A DNA stretch of 64,000 bases from a bacterium. Its GTDB lineage: Bacteria; UBA8248; JACPRG01; G963555815. The notes beneath the pieces were generated by a model that was not told the origin of the DNA, searched no databases, and saw only the letters and a program-made list of their open reading frames with translations. How positions within the stretch are numbered: the first letter of the stretch is position 1; each line of letters starts with the position of its first letter. The stretch is from NCBI GenBank assembly GCA_965261595.1, contig CBDHDG010000004.1, positions 672,001 to 736,000 on the forward strand, given 5' to 3'. The translations under genes and the position numbers were made by a program. Below, piece by piece: positions 1 to 9,815 of this stretch.

Positions 1-12
1 ATGCGAGAGTGT

Positions 13-83
13 GGCGTTTGCGCGCCGGCCAAGCCGCGGTTGAGGCACCTGCCTCATGACAACTTCTGTGGCGCCCGGCGCTC
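13..83 (-). repeat. Copy of a ~72-nt dispersed hairpin-forming repeat (other copies 13012-13085, 13100-13171)
   Basis: Reverse complement GAGCGCCGGGCGCCACAGAAGTTGTCAT...CTTGGCCGGCGCGCAAACGCC aligns by eye with 13100-13171. Confidence 0.65.
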
Positions 84-148
84 AGATTCCTTCTAACACC
101 TAGATGCGAGAGTGTGGAGAGCCGCCACCACGTGTCCGGCCGGCCCGT

Positions 149-634
149 TTATCGGAAGGGGGGCGCGCCCCATCCCCCCCCTCCCCCTGGCGGCCGTTCC
201 GGATCGGCGGGGGAAAGAACACGATAAATATAGAGCGCCGCGCCGACCGGGACCGCCAGCGTCACCCAGTAGGCCGGGGCGCCCAGGGCCGTCGTCTCGC
301 CCATCTGGATGGAGATCCCCACGGCCCGAATCCCCTGGACCGCGAGGACGCCGAAGAACAGGACCGTCAAGCCAGCCACGATCCCATCCAGCCGACGCCG
401 CAAGCCGGGGGGCAGGTTTTCTCTCAGGACAGAGAGGCCCGGATGGGCCCCATGCCGGGCCGCGAGCGCCGCCCCCAGGAACGTCGCCCAGACGAAGAGA
501 TCAGGCACGACCTCCTCGATGTAGGCGATGGGAACCCCAATGGCCCGGGCGGCCGCGCCCGCAAACGTCAACGCCGCCATGACGGCCAGAATCGGAACGA
601 GGAGGACCTCCTCCACCCGGCCCAACCATTTCAC
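149..634 (-). CDS. dctQ: TRAP transporter small permease
   Basis: Four hydrophobic segments with EE..LFVW..FLGA..A.R.G.H motif; GTG start overlaps dctP stop (GTGA). Confidence 0.85.
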   Translation of the reverse strand: MKWLGRVEEVLLVPILAVMAALTFAGAAARAIGVPIAYIEEVVPDLFVWATFLGAALAARHGAHPGLSVLRENLPPGLRRRLDGIVAGLTVLFFGVLAVQGIRAVGISIQMGETTALGAPAYWVTLAVPVGAALYIYRVLSPADPERPPGGGGGWGAPPFR

Positions 635-1698
635 GGGCGCTTGCCCTCCTTCGACAATTCCTTCACGGCCCTTTGCACCTCGGACTCGGCGAGGTCCATC
701 ACATCCCGGCCGACCTTGGGCGCCCATTCATCGTAAACCGGTCTCACCCGCTTCCGGAACACGGCGAGCTCGGCGTCATCGAGCCGGATGACCTTCATCC
801 CCTTCTTTTCGAGGAACGCGGGAAGGCGCTTATCGTCCTCCGCAATCAGCCTTCGCTCATACTCCAGGGCCTCCCGCGCGGCGGTCTGGAAAATCCGCTT
901 CAACCGGGGGGAAAGGCCGTCGAAGAGCTTGCCGTTCATGGAAAGGATGAGGGGGTCGAACGAATAGTTCCAGATCGTGACGTGTTTCTGCACCTCGTAG
1001 AGGCGCGAGGAGGTGATGACCGAGAGGGGGTTTTCCTGCCCGTCGATCACCCCCTGCTGAAGAGAGGAGAACACCTCGCCGAAGTTCATGGTCAGGGCGT
1101 TCCCCCCCAGAAGGCGGAAAATCCTCAGGTACATCTTCGTCCCGGCGACGCGGAACTTGATGCCGGACAAGTCCTCCGGCCTCCGGATGGGCCGCTTGCC
1201 GTTGGTGAGCTGGCGGAAGCCGTTGGCGCCCCACGCGAGGGCGGCGAAGCCCTTCTCCCGGAGCCACCCCGCCCCCATCTTCCCCATCTTCCCATCCAGG
1301 ACCTTCCAGACCGCCTCGTGGCTCGGGAAAAGCCAGGGGAGATCGTACACGTCGAACCGGGGGTCAAGATACAGGGCGAGGAGGATGGGCGACACCAGGT
1401 GCATTTGGATCACCCCGCTCCGGACCATCTGAAGCTCTGTCTTCTGGCTCCGGCCGGCCAGGGAGGCGCCGGGGTAGATCCGGATCCGGATTTCCCCGTT
1501 TGTTCTCTTTGAGACCCGCTCCGCAAACCGCAGCGCCCCTTTGTGCCAGGGAGATGTGGGCGACGTGATATGGCTCAGACGTAAGGTCCGGACTTCGGCG
1601 GGAGAAGACGTTGAAAAGAGGATGCACCCGGCAACCAGCAACACCGCCAGGGCGCGGGGCCCCCGGCCGGGATGAAAAAACTTCGCGATCTTCTTCAT
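631..1698 (-). CDS. dctP: TRAP transporter substrate-binding protein
   Basis: Signal peptide; NGFRQLTN, PEDLSGIKFRV, GEVFSSLQQGVIDGQENP motifs. Confidence 0.92.
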   Translation of the reverse strand: MKKIAKFFHPGRGPRALAVLLVAGCILFSTSSPAEVRTLRLSHITSPTSPWHKGALRFAERVSKRTNGEIRIRIYPGASLAGRSQKTELQMVRSGVIQMHLVSPILLALYLDPRFDVYDLPWLFPSHEAVWKVLDGKMGKMGAGWLREKGFAALAWGANGFRQLTNGKRPIRRPEDLSGIKFRVAGTKMYLRIFRLLGGNALTMNFGEVFSSLQQGVIDGQENPLSVITSSRLYEVQKHVTIWNYSFDPLILSMNGKLFDGLSPRLKRIFQTAAREALEYERRLIAEDDKRLPAFLEKKGMKVIRLDDAELAVFRKRVRPVYDEWAPKVGRDVMDLAESEVQRAVKELSKEGKRP

Positions 1699-1808
1699 TC
1701 GAACATTTCCAGGTTGATCTCAAACCGTCCGGGACGCACACTGAAGCCTGTGACGTATGGTAACAAAATGGAAGACGGATTGTTCGAGATTCGAGGGACG
1801 TGATCCTG

Positions 1809-4800
1809 ATGAGCCTGGACCTCTTCCATCCCCTCGTTGGCGCCTGGTTCACCGAGACTTTCGACGGGCCGACGCCCCCCCAGGCCGAGGGGTGGCCGGC
1901 GATCATGGCCGGCCGCGACACCCTCATCTCCGCCCCGACCGGCTCGGGCAAGACCCTCGCCGCCTTCCTCTGGTCGATCGACCGGCTGGTCCGGGCAGGC
2001 GCGGAAGGGGGCCTTGAAGACCGGACGCACGTCGTCTACGTCTCCCCCCTCAAGGCCATGGCCAACGACATCCAGAAGAACCTCCAGACCCCCCTCCAGC
2101 AGATCCGCAAGCGGGCCCAGCAGTCGGGCGTCCCGTTCCCGGAAATCAACGTCATGGTCCGCACGGGGGACACGCCCGCCAAAGAGCGCGCGCTCATGGT
2201 CCGGCGGAACCCGCACATCCTCATCACGACCCCCGAGTCCCTCTACATCCTGCTCACCGCCGAGCGAAGCCGCCGCATGCTCGAGCCGGCCGAGACGGTC
2301 ATCATCGACGAGATCCACGCCGTGGCGGGGGACAAGCGCGGGAGTCACCTGGCCCTCTCCCTCGAGCGCCTGGACGCCCTGTGCGGCCGCCGGGTCCAGC
2401 GCATCGGCCTGAGCGCGACGCAAAAACCCATCGAAGAGATCGCCCGCCTCCTGGTCGGCAACGGGCGCGTCCTCGCCGACGGCCGTCCGGACTGCGCGAT
2501 CATCGATACGGGGCGCCGCCGGGAGTTGGACCTTTCCATCGAGATCGCCGATCAGGAGCTCGGCCCCGTCGCCACGCACGAGCTTTGGACGGACGTCTAT
2601 GACCGCGTAGCGGCGCGCGTCGAGACCCACCGCGCCACCCTCGTCTTCGTCAACACCCGGCGGCTCGTCGAGCGCGTCTCCCACCACCTCGAAGACCGCC
2701 TCGGCGAAGGCCGGGTGGCCGCCCACCACGGCAGCCTCTCCAAGGCCACGCGCCTGGCGGCGGAACAGGGGCTGAAGAACGGGGAGATTCCGGCCATTGT
2801 CGCGACGGCCTCTCTCGAGCTGGGGATCGACGTGGGCCACGTGGACCTCGTCTGCCACATCGGGGCTCCCCGGGCGCTCGCCACACTCATCCAGCGCGTG
2901 GGCCGCTCGGGCCACTGGATCGGGGCCGTTCCCAAGGGGGTCCTGTTCCCCATGACGCGGGACGAGCTGATCCAGTGCGCGGCGGCGATCCGCGCGATTC
3001 GCCAAGGCGGGCTGGACCGCGTCATCATGCCCGAGAGGCCGCTCGACATCCTCGCCCAGCAGATCGTCGCCACGGCCGCGGCGGACGAGATCGGGGAAGA
3101 GGACCTCCGCCGGATGATGCGGGGCGCGTATCCGTACCGGGACCTCCCGGAGAAGGATTGGGAGGCCGTTCTCCACATCCTGTCCGAGGGCATCTCGACG
3201 AAGAGAGGGCGGCGAAGCGCCCATCTTCACCGGGACCGGGTGAACGGTCGGATCAGGGGGCGGCGCGGCGCGCGGCTGGCGGCGATCACCTCCGGCGGGG
3301 CCATCCCGGACACGGCGGATTTCGACGTAATCGAAGAGCCCGCGGAAAAGCTCGTCGGGCGGGTGAACGAAGACTTCGCCATCGAGAGCATGGCCGGGGA
3401 CATCTTCCTGCTGGGCAACCAGTCCTGGCGCATTCGAAGAATAGAGGCGGGCAAGGTCCGGGTGGAAGACGCCCGTGGCGCTCCGCCGAACATTCCGTTC
3501 TGGCTCGGCGAGGCCCCCTCCCGCACCCACGAGCTCTCGGCGGCGGTCTCGAAGCTCCGCGAGGAAATCGCCGGGCGGAGCCGGGGCTCAGCCGGTCCGG
3601 ACGCCGCCGTTGAATGGCTCACGACCGAAACCGGCCTGGATCCATCGGGCGCGGAACAGGCGGCGGCCTACATCCGGGAATCCCTCCGGACGCTGGGGGC
3701 CGTCCCCACGCAGAACCAGATCATCGCCGAGCGGTTCTTCGACGAGTCGGGGGGGATGCAGCTTGTCCTCCACACCCCCTTCGGCGGCCGGATCAACCGC
3801 GCCTGGGGGCTCGCGCTCCGAAAAGGCTTCTGCCTGAATTTCGACTTCGAGCTTCAAGCGGCCGCCACCGACGACGGCCTCGTCCTCTCCCTCATCGAGC
3901 AGCACAGCTTTCCCCTGGAGAGCGTGTTCGGGTTCGTCCGGCCGGCCACCCTCGAGAAAAACCTCATCCAGGCCACGCTCCAGTCACCCATGTTCACGAA
4001 CCGCTGGCGCTGGAACGCCACGCGGGCCCTCGCCCTGCTCCGCCACAACGGCGGCAGGAAGGTTCCGATGGCCATCCAGCGGATGCGGGCCGAAGACCTC
4101 CTGGGGGCGGTGTTTCCCGATCAACTGGCCTGCCAGGACAATCACTCCGGGCCCGTCACCCCCCCGGACCATCCTCTCGTGAACGAGACCCTCGACAACT
4201 GCCTGCGCGAGGCCATGGACATCGACGGCCTCCTCGAAATCCTCGAAAAGATGGAACGGGGGGAGATCCGCACCGTCGCCGTCGAGACCCCCGCCCCCTC
4301 CCCGATGTCCCACGAGATCCTCAACGCGAACCCCTACGCCTTCCTCGACGACGCCCCCCTGGAAGAGCGCCGCGCGCGGGCGGTCTCGCTCCGGAGATCC
4401 CTGCCGGACTTCGAGGACGGCGTCGCCGCCCTGGACCCGGAGGCCATCGCCCAGGTCCGCGCCCAGGCCTGGCCCGACGTAAGAGACGCCGACGAGCTTC
4501 ACGACGCGCTCTTGACCTTCATCGTCCTTCCCGCGGCCGATGCCGCTGAATGGGTCTCTTTCGCCGAGGCGTTGATCGCCTCCGGCCGCGCCGCCGCGGT
4601 CCGTTGGGGCGCCTCCGATGGAGAAGAGCGCGGGGACTTCGTCGCCGCGGAGCGGCTTCGCTACGCCCGGGCCGCCCTGTCCGGGTTGCGCTGCGATGAG
4701 GACATCCGCGAGCCCCCGCCCGCCCCCGGAGAAGAAGCCGATCCGGAGGAGCAGGACGCCGTCCGGTCGATGGTTCAGGGGTGGATGGCATGCGTCGGGC

Positions 4801-6242
4801 CGATTACCGAGGCCCGTCTGGCCGAGCGCCTGGGGCTTTCGGGGAGCGCCGTCCGGACGGCCATGGCGGCCTTGGAGGCCCAGGGCGGCGTTCTGCAAGG
4901 ACGCTTCTCCCGGAACTTGTCCGAGGGGGAGGGGGAAACCGAATGGTGCGACCGCCGGCTGCTCGCCCGCATCCACCGGATGACCCTCGGGCGGCTGCGC
5001 CGCGAGATTGAGCCCGTGACCCCCGCCGACTTCATGCGGTTCCTCCTCCGCTGGCAGCACGTTCAGCCGGGAACCCGGCTTCACGGGCGGGACGGCGTTC
5101 TGGAAGTCATCCGGCGGCTTCAGGGGCTCGAGCTTCCCGCGCCCGCGTGGGAACGCTGCGTCCTGCCGGCCCGGATCGAGGACTATGACCCGGATGATCT
5201 GGAATCCCTCTGCCTGGCCGGCGAGACGGCCTGGGGGCGGATCCGGCTGAACCCCGGCATGGGAGGAGGGGGGAGTGAAGACCCGCCCGCCGTCAACGGA
5301 CCCAACGCGGCCGCCTCCCGGAGGTCCCCCTCTCCTTCCCGCCAGACCCCGCTCGGTTTCATGCTCCGCAAGGACGCGCCCGACATTCTGGAGCCCGCCC
5401 CCCCCGCCGAAGAGAGTTTCGCGCGCCTCTCACCCGTCGGTCAGGACGTTCACCGGTATCTGGAAGAAAACGGCGCGTCGTTTCTGGTGGACATATCTGG
5501 AGCGACCGGCCACCTCAAGACGGCCGTCGAGGACGCCCTCTGGGAGCTGGTCGCGCGCGGCCTCGCGGCCGGCGACGGGATCGCGGGCCTTCGGACCCTG
5601 CTCATACCGGACGCCGAGCGGAAACCCCGGCGAAGGCCTTTCCGGTCCCTTCGCGGCCGGCGCGCGGCCGAGCGGTTCATCCCGGCCGGCCGGTGGTCGC
5701 TCTGGCGCCCGCCCGCCGGTCAGGGGCGGCCGAAGCCGGTGCGGATCGAGGCCCTCGCCCGACGGCTCCTTCACCGGTACGGCGTCGTTTTCCGCGAGAT
5801 CCTGGCGAGGGAGACCCACGGGGCGCCCTGGCGCGACCTCCTGGCCGTCTTACGCCGCCTGGAGGCGCGCGGAGAGATTCGCGGAGGAAGGTTCGTCAAC
5901 GGATTCGTCGGCGATCAGTACGCGCTGCCCGAAGCCGTCGAGGCCCTGCGGGCGGTGCGGCGGAATCAGGAAGATGAGAAAACGGTGGTGGTCGCGGCGG
6001 CGGACCCGCTGAACCTCGTGGGCATCGTTACGCCCGGCGCCCGGCTGTCCCCTTTCTCCCGGCAGGTCATCGCTTACCGCAACGGGATCCCGGTGGACTC
6101 GGGCGCGCTGGGAGAGGTTCGACCCGCATTTCTCACCACCCACTCGGCGGATGGATTATCGGGTGTGAATTGGAGTGTTTTTTCCTGTCTGTCGCTTTTG
6201 CGGTGGAACCAGGGCCGGTGGGTGGTTGGAGTTGACCCGTGA
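1809..6242 (+). CDS. lhr: Lhr-family DEAD/DEAH-box helicase; native last 17 codons displaced to 9599-9652 by an IS insertion
   Basis: PTGSGKT, DEIH, GLSAT, QRVGRSGH motifs; C-terminal EIRGGRFV/AADPLNL Lhr region. Confidence 0.92.
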   Translation: MSLDLFHPLVGAWFTETFDGPTPPQAEGWPAIMAGRDTLISAPTGSGKTLAAFLWSIDRLVRAGAEGGLEDRTHVVYVSPLKAMANDIQKNLQTPLQQIRKRAQQSGVPFPEINVMVRTGDTPAKERALMVRRNPHILITTPESLYILLTAERSRRMLEPAETVIIDEIHAVAGDKRGSHLALSLERLDALCGRRVQRIGLSATQKPIEEIARLLVGNGRVLADGRPDCAIIDTGRRRELDLSIEIADQELGPVATHELWTDVYDRVAARVETHRATLVFVNTRRLVERVSHHLEDRLGEGRVAAHHGSLSKATRLAAEQGLKNGEIPAIVATASLELGIDVGHVDLVCHIGAPRALATLIQRVGRSGHWIGAVPKGVLFPMTRDELIQCAAAIRAIRQGGLDRVIMPERPLDILAQQIVATAAADEIGEEDLRRMMRGAYPYRDLPEKDWEAVLHILSEGISTKRGRRSAHLHRDRVNGRIRGRRGARLAAITSGGAIPDTADFDVIEEPAEKLVGRVNEDFAIESMAGDIFLLGNQSWRIRRIEAGKVRVEDARGAPPNIPFWLGEAPSRTHELSAAVSKLREEIAGRSRGSAGPDAAVEWLTTETGLDPSGAEQAAAYIRESLRTLGAVPTQNQIIAERFFDESGGMQLVLHTPFGGRINRAWGLALRKGFCLNFDFELQAAATDDGLVLSLIEQHSFPLESVFGFVRPATLEKNLIQATLQSPMFTNRWRWNATRALALLRHNGGRKVPMAIQRMRAEDLLGAVFPDQLACQDNHSGPVTPPDHPLVNETLDNCLREAMDIDGLLEILEKMERGEIRTVAVETPAPSPMSHEILNANPYAFLDDAPLEERRARAVSLRRSLPDFEDGVAALDPEAIAQVRAQAWPDVRDADELHDALLTFIVLPAADAAEWVSFAEALIASGRAAAVRWGASDGEERGDFVAAERLRYARAALSGLRCDEDIREPPPAPGEEADPEEQDAVRSMVQGWMACVGPITEARLAERLGLSGSAVRTAMAALEAQGGVLQGRFSRNLSEGEGETEWCDRRLLARIHRMTLGRLRREIEPVTPADFMRFLLRWQHVQPGTRLHGRDGVLEVIRRLQGLELPAPAWERCVLPARIEDYDPDDLESLCLAGETAWGRIRLNPGMGGGGSEDPPAVNGPNAAASRRSPSPSRQTPLGFMLRKDAPDILEPAPPAEESFARLSPVGQDVHRYLEENGASFLVDISGATGHLKTAVEDALWELVARGLAAGDGIAGLRTLLIPDAERKPRRRPFRSLRGRRAAERFIPAGRWSLWRPPAGQGRPKPVRIEALARRLLHRYGVVFREILARETHGAPWRDLLAVLRRLEARGEIRGGRFVNGFVGDQYALPEAVEALRAVRRNQEDEKTVVVAAADPLNLVGIVTPGARLSPFSRQVIAYRNGIPVDSGALGEVRPAFLTTHSADGLSGVNWSVFSCLSLLRWNQGRWVVGVDP

Positions 6243-7817
6243 GAGGGGCTTTTTGGCCGATTTGGCTCGGCTCCGCACGCACGTTTGCCTCGACTCCCTG
6301 CGCGTTCATTTTGCAATCTGTCTTAGACGGCGGGCTCTCCCTCCGGCCCCGCGCGCAGGTTCCGCCAGGCGTGGAAGAACACATTCATGTACGGATAACC
6401 CGTCGCAAGGGCCACGTGCACTCGCCGCACGCTCACCCGAACCTGCGCCCCGATCTTCAGCAGCCGCGTCCGCACCGTTCCACACGTTGCCTTTGCAAAC
6501 GCCGTCCCCCGAAGGCCTAGCCGACGCAACGCATGCATCAGTTCATAGGCCACCGCCGACAGGTAGAGCCGCAACTGATTGGAGCGCATCCGCGTGCACG
6601 ACGTCCGGTCCGCGTACAGGTCGAGCTGCTGCTCCTTGAGCCGGTTCTCCATCGTCCCCCGGGCGCAGTAGATGCGCTCGTACAGAGGCTTCGCGTCGAT
6701 CGCCTCCTCGTCCAGCGAAGTCACGATGAAGCGCGGATTGGCGCCCTTGGCCAGGTGCTCGGCCTTGGCGACCACCCGCCGCACCCGGCTCCAGGATGTA
6801 AGCGTCCGGTGAGGAAACGACCGGAATAACCGCGCCCCCTTCCCCGTGCTCTGATGACGCGCCTTCGCTTCGGCCAGCTCGTCCTTCACCGCTTCCTGCA
6901 GCCGGGAGGTCTTGGCCAGGCCGAACACGTAATCCACCCCCTGCGCCTCGCACCAGGCCATGATCCACTCGCGCGAGAAGTCCGAATCCGCCCGAAGCAG
7001 GATCGACACCTGCGGCCAGCGTGCCCGAATCTGGGCAACGATCCGCTCCAACTCCTCCACCACCCCCGAGGAGGCGTCGATATTGGAGGGCCGAAGCCGA
7101 GCGCACAAAAGGAAATCCCCGCAGAAGATGTAAAGCGGAAGGTAGCAGTAATGACCGTGATAGCCGTGGAAGAAACGCCCCTCCTGACAGCCGTGCACCG
7201 GGTCGTCGGTGGCGTCGATGTCCAAAACGATCCGACCCGGCGCCCGCCTCTGCGACCGAAGGAAGCCCTCCACCAACAGCCGGTCGATCGCCTCGCCTCG
7301 GTAGGCGATCTTGTGGTAGCGCTCATCGCCATCGCCCGCAAGACGCTCCAAACGGTTCAGCGTGCTCTTGCCCGCAAGGGCCGGACCCCCCTTGCGCCGC
7401 GTGGCCTCCAGCTTGCCCGAGAGGATCTGGAGCATCGGGTCAAAGCGAAGCCGCTCGTGGTCATTGACGTCCTCATAGCCAAGCGCCAGCGCGTACACCC
7501 GCTGCCGCAACAACGCCCACAACTCATCTTCCACCCGCCTCGCGTCCCGACCGTCCTCAAAACAGGCCGCGAAGCCTGCGATCAGCTTCACCCGCCCCTC
7601 GGTGTCGCGTAGCAAAAGACCGCCCGCATCAGAGGTGATCGCCCCGCCGTTGGAAGTGGCGATCACACGCCGAGAACCCAACCCTTGGAATTCCATCTGT
7701 TCTGCGATACACTGTGTGCGAGTCAAGTCGGTCTCCTTTCTTCGGGCAACCCGTTGATCAAAAAGAGTTTACCCGAAAAAAACCGGCTTGGCTCTCTTTC
7801 TTTGTGAGATATCCAGG
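6123..7817 (-). mobile_element. IS1380-family element A
   Basis: IRs 6123-6136 and 7804-7817 (GTGAGATATCCAGG) flank an intact transposase. Confidence 0.85.
6323..7726 (-). CDS. IS1380-family DDE transposase
   Basis: TSDAG, GYEDVNDH, LDIDAT, RADS, RGTMENRLKE motifs. Confidence 0.93.
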   Translation of the reverse strand: MTRTQCIAEQMEFQGLGSRRVIATSNGGAITSDAGGLLLRDTEGRVKLIAGFAACFEDGRDARRVEDELWALLRQRVYALALGYEDVNDHERLRFDPMLQILSGKLEATRRKGGPALAGKSTLNRLERLAGDGDERYHKIAYRGEAIDRLLVEGFLRSQRRAPGRIVLDIDATDDPVHGCQEGRFFHGYHGHYCYLPLYIFCGDFLLCARLRPSNIDASSGVVEELERIVAQIRARWPQVSILLRADSDFSREWIMAWCEAQGVDYVFGLAKTSRLQEAVKDELAEAKARHQSTGKGARLFRSFPHRTLTSWSRVRRVVAKAEHLAKGANPRFIVTSLDEEAIDAKPLYERIYCARGTMENRLKEQQLDLYADRTSCTRMRSNQLRLYLSAVAYELMHALRRLGLRGTAFAKATCGTVRTRLLKIGAQVRVSVRRVHVALATGYPYMNVFFHAWRNLRAGPEGEPAV

Positions 7818-7897
7818 CTAAACGCAGCACGGCGCAGGCGTAGTGTCCAGAGAGCAGCGTTCACGATCCTCTTCAGGGAGCCGTCGCACAACATTAT

Positions 7898-9594
7898 CCG
7901 GGATTTCCCAGATGACCACTCTTAGCCATCCTGCGGTCCTCCTGTGTCATCAAAGTACCCCATTTTACTACAGATTCAGGGTCTCTTTGCAGAACCCTCT
8001 GCTCAATCGAGGGGCAACGGCCGTCCTAAAGCCGCAATCCCTTGAAAACCCAGCTCTACCGGCACACTCAGGGGAGTTCGGCACAGACTGATCCCCCGTC
8101 TCCACCACGTCACTAAGCTTCCGGGCCATCTGCTCCGTCATCCGGTATCTGGTACGGGAGGCGGTAACCACAACCGTCGAATTCGTTCAAGGATTGCCCT
8201 GAACAGTTGACGCGGCACGGCCACCTCGGCCATCTGGAAGGTGGTGTACCGGGCGTGGGTGACCACCTTGGCCCCAATCTTAATCAGCTTCTCGCGTAAC
8301 GTCGTCAGCGACCAGTGCTTCACCGCTCTGGGCAACGCCAGCCGCCGCAGGAAGTTTGCCAGGTTGTACGCCAAGGCAAATAGTTGCAAGCGAACCTGGT
8401 TCTCTTCAAAGCCGTGGCAGGACAGGCGCGTCCAGTTCAGGGCGTACTTGCCCTCCTTGATCCACTGCTCCGCCGTCCCACGCTGGTTGTAGAACCTCAC
8501 GACGTTCTCTTCCCGCCAGTGCAGGTTGGTCACGATGAAGCTGACTCTTGGAAACAACTCGCCCTGGTGCCACTCGACCGCCACCACCACCCGGCGAGGC
8601 TTCTCCCAACTAGCCGCCTGATAGGGGAGACGCTGTGGTAGAAGATAATGGGCCTTTTGGGCGGTCGGCCAACCGGCCGGGTCAGAAGGTATTCGATGTC
8701 CCTGTACAAGATGGCGTTGGCCGGAAGCCGAATCGCATAGGAGTAGCCCTCCGCCTCAAGGTATCGGTACACCTCCGGCTTGGCAAATGCCGCGTCGCCT
8801 CGAAAAAACCGACAGACCTTCGCATCCCGGTAGCGAGCTACCACCGGCTCCAATACAGACCGCCAGTCATCAGCGCTGTGGACCTTGCCGTTGCGCAACA
8901 GCGCCCGCTCCAGATCGCCAAACTGGTTGAAGCAAAACAGTGGGTGATAGCAGGTGCAGCCGAAGTGGCCGTTGTAGGAAGAGCCTTCCTGCTCACCGTG
9001 GGTCGGGCTGACCGAACTGTCCATGTCCAGGATCAGCTTGCGAATCGGCTTGCGTTTGCGGACACGATCCACCAACACACCGGGCAGACCGCTCAGCGCC
9101 TTGAGGGGTTAAGGGGCCGGGTGAGGGTCTGCGTCTCGAATCGGCTCATCTGGCTGGTGGAGGCAGCGGTGTGATACTTCGCTCGCCCCCCAACCACCTG
9201 ACGCATGGCGGGATCGACACAGAGCCGCTCGGCATCATTGGTGTCTTTATATCCTGCCAGGCGGCTGTAGACCGACTGGCGCACCAAAGCGGTGAGGCTG
9301 TGCCGGGTGTTCCCGCCCGTCCGTGAATCGGACAGAAACCCCTCGGCCGCCTTCGTTAGCCCCAACACCTCATCCAGTTCACGATAGGCAAGCAAACCGG
9401 CGTCACTCGTAACCTTTGCTCCATGAAACTCCAGCCTGAGCCGACCGTCGAATTGGAGCCTCAACGGCCTCTTTTTCGCTTCACCCATCGGGTCCCCTCG
9501 CAAGATGATGGCAGGGAGAGGCCAACACCTTGATTTTACACGAGAAAACGGCCTTCGGGGCGTTAATAATTATCATCCATATGGGAAATGCGGG
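7898..9594 (-). mobile_element. IS1380-family element B
   Basis: IRs CCGGGATTTCCCA (7898) and TGGGAAATGCGGG (ending 9594). Confidence 0.82.
8138..9503 (-). pseudogene. IS1380-family transposase, frameshifted into three ORFs
   Basis: TSDAG in 9093-9503; LDMDSS/RGDAAF in 8530-9078; RGTAEQWIKEGK in 8138-8590. Confidence 0.85.
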
Positions 9595-9815
9595 TCGAAG
9601 CCGTCTGCGGAACCGGGACCCGGCCTTCCAGGAAGAGCGGATGGGCGCGTGACGCCGCCCTGGTGATGAAAAACCTCTCTATGCGGTGTGGGCGCTTGCG
9701 TGGATGACAGGGTGTTCAGACCTTGTGATTCCGTTCGCTTCCGGCAAGCGGTTGCTCGAAGTCGAGGGGGCGGGATGAAAGAAGGCGGGCATCTTCTCTT
9801 TTTGAGGATTGCGGG

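Larger units (their letters stand above)
6123..9594. mobile_element. Composite unit of two IS1380-family elements inserted in the lhr 3' end
   Basis: Outer IRs CCCGCATTTCTCAC (6123) and CCCGCATTTCCCAT (9594, reverse); TCGA duplicated at 6119-6122 and 9595-9598. Confidence 0.85.

Noticed and set aside
1695..3530. Long antisense and alternate-frame ORFs (e.g. 1695-3530, 17885-19285, 21733-23340, 48943-51663)
   Set aside because: Shadow ORFs of high-GC genes with no recognisable motifs.
6123..6242. Hydrophobic C-terminal tail of Lhr as a real domain
   Set aside because: It is read-through into IS sequence; the native tail is at 9599-9652.
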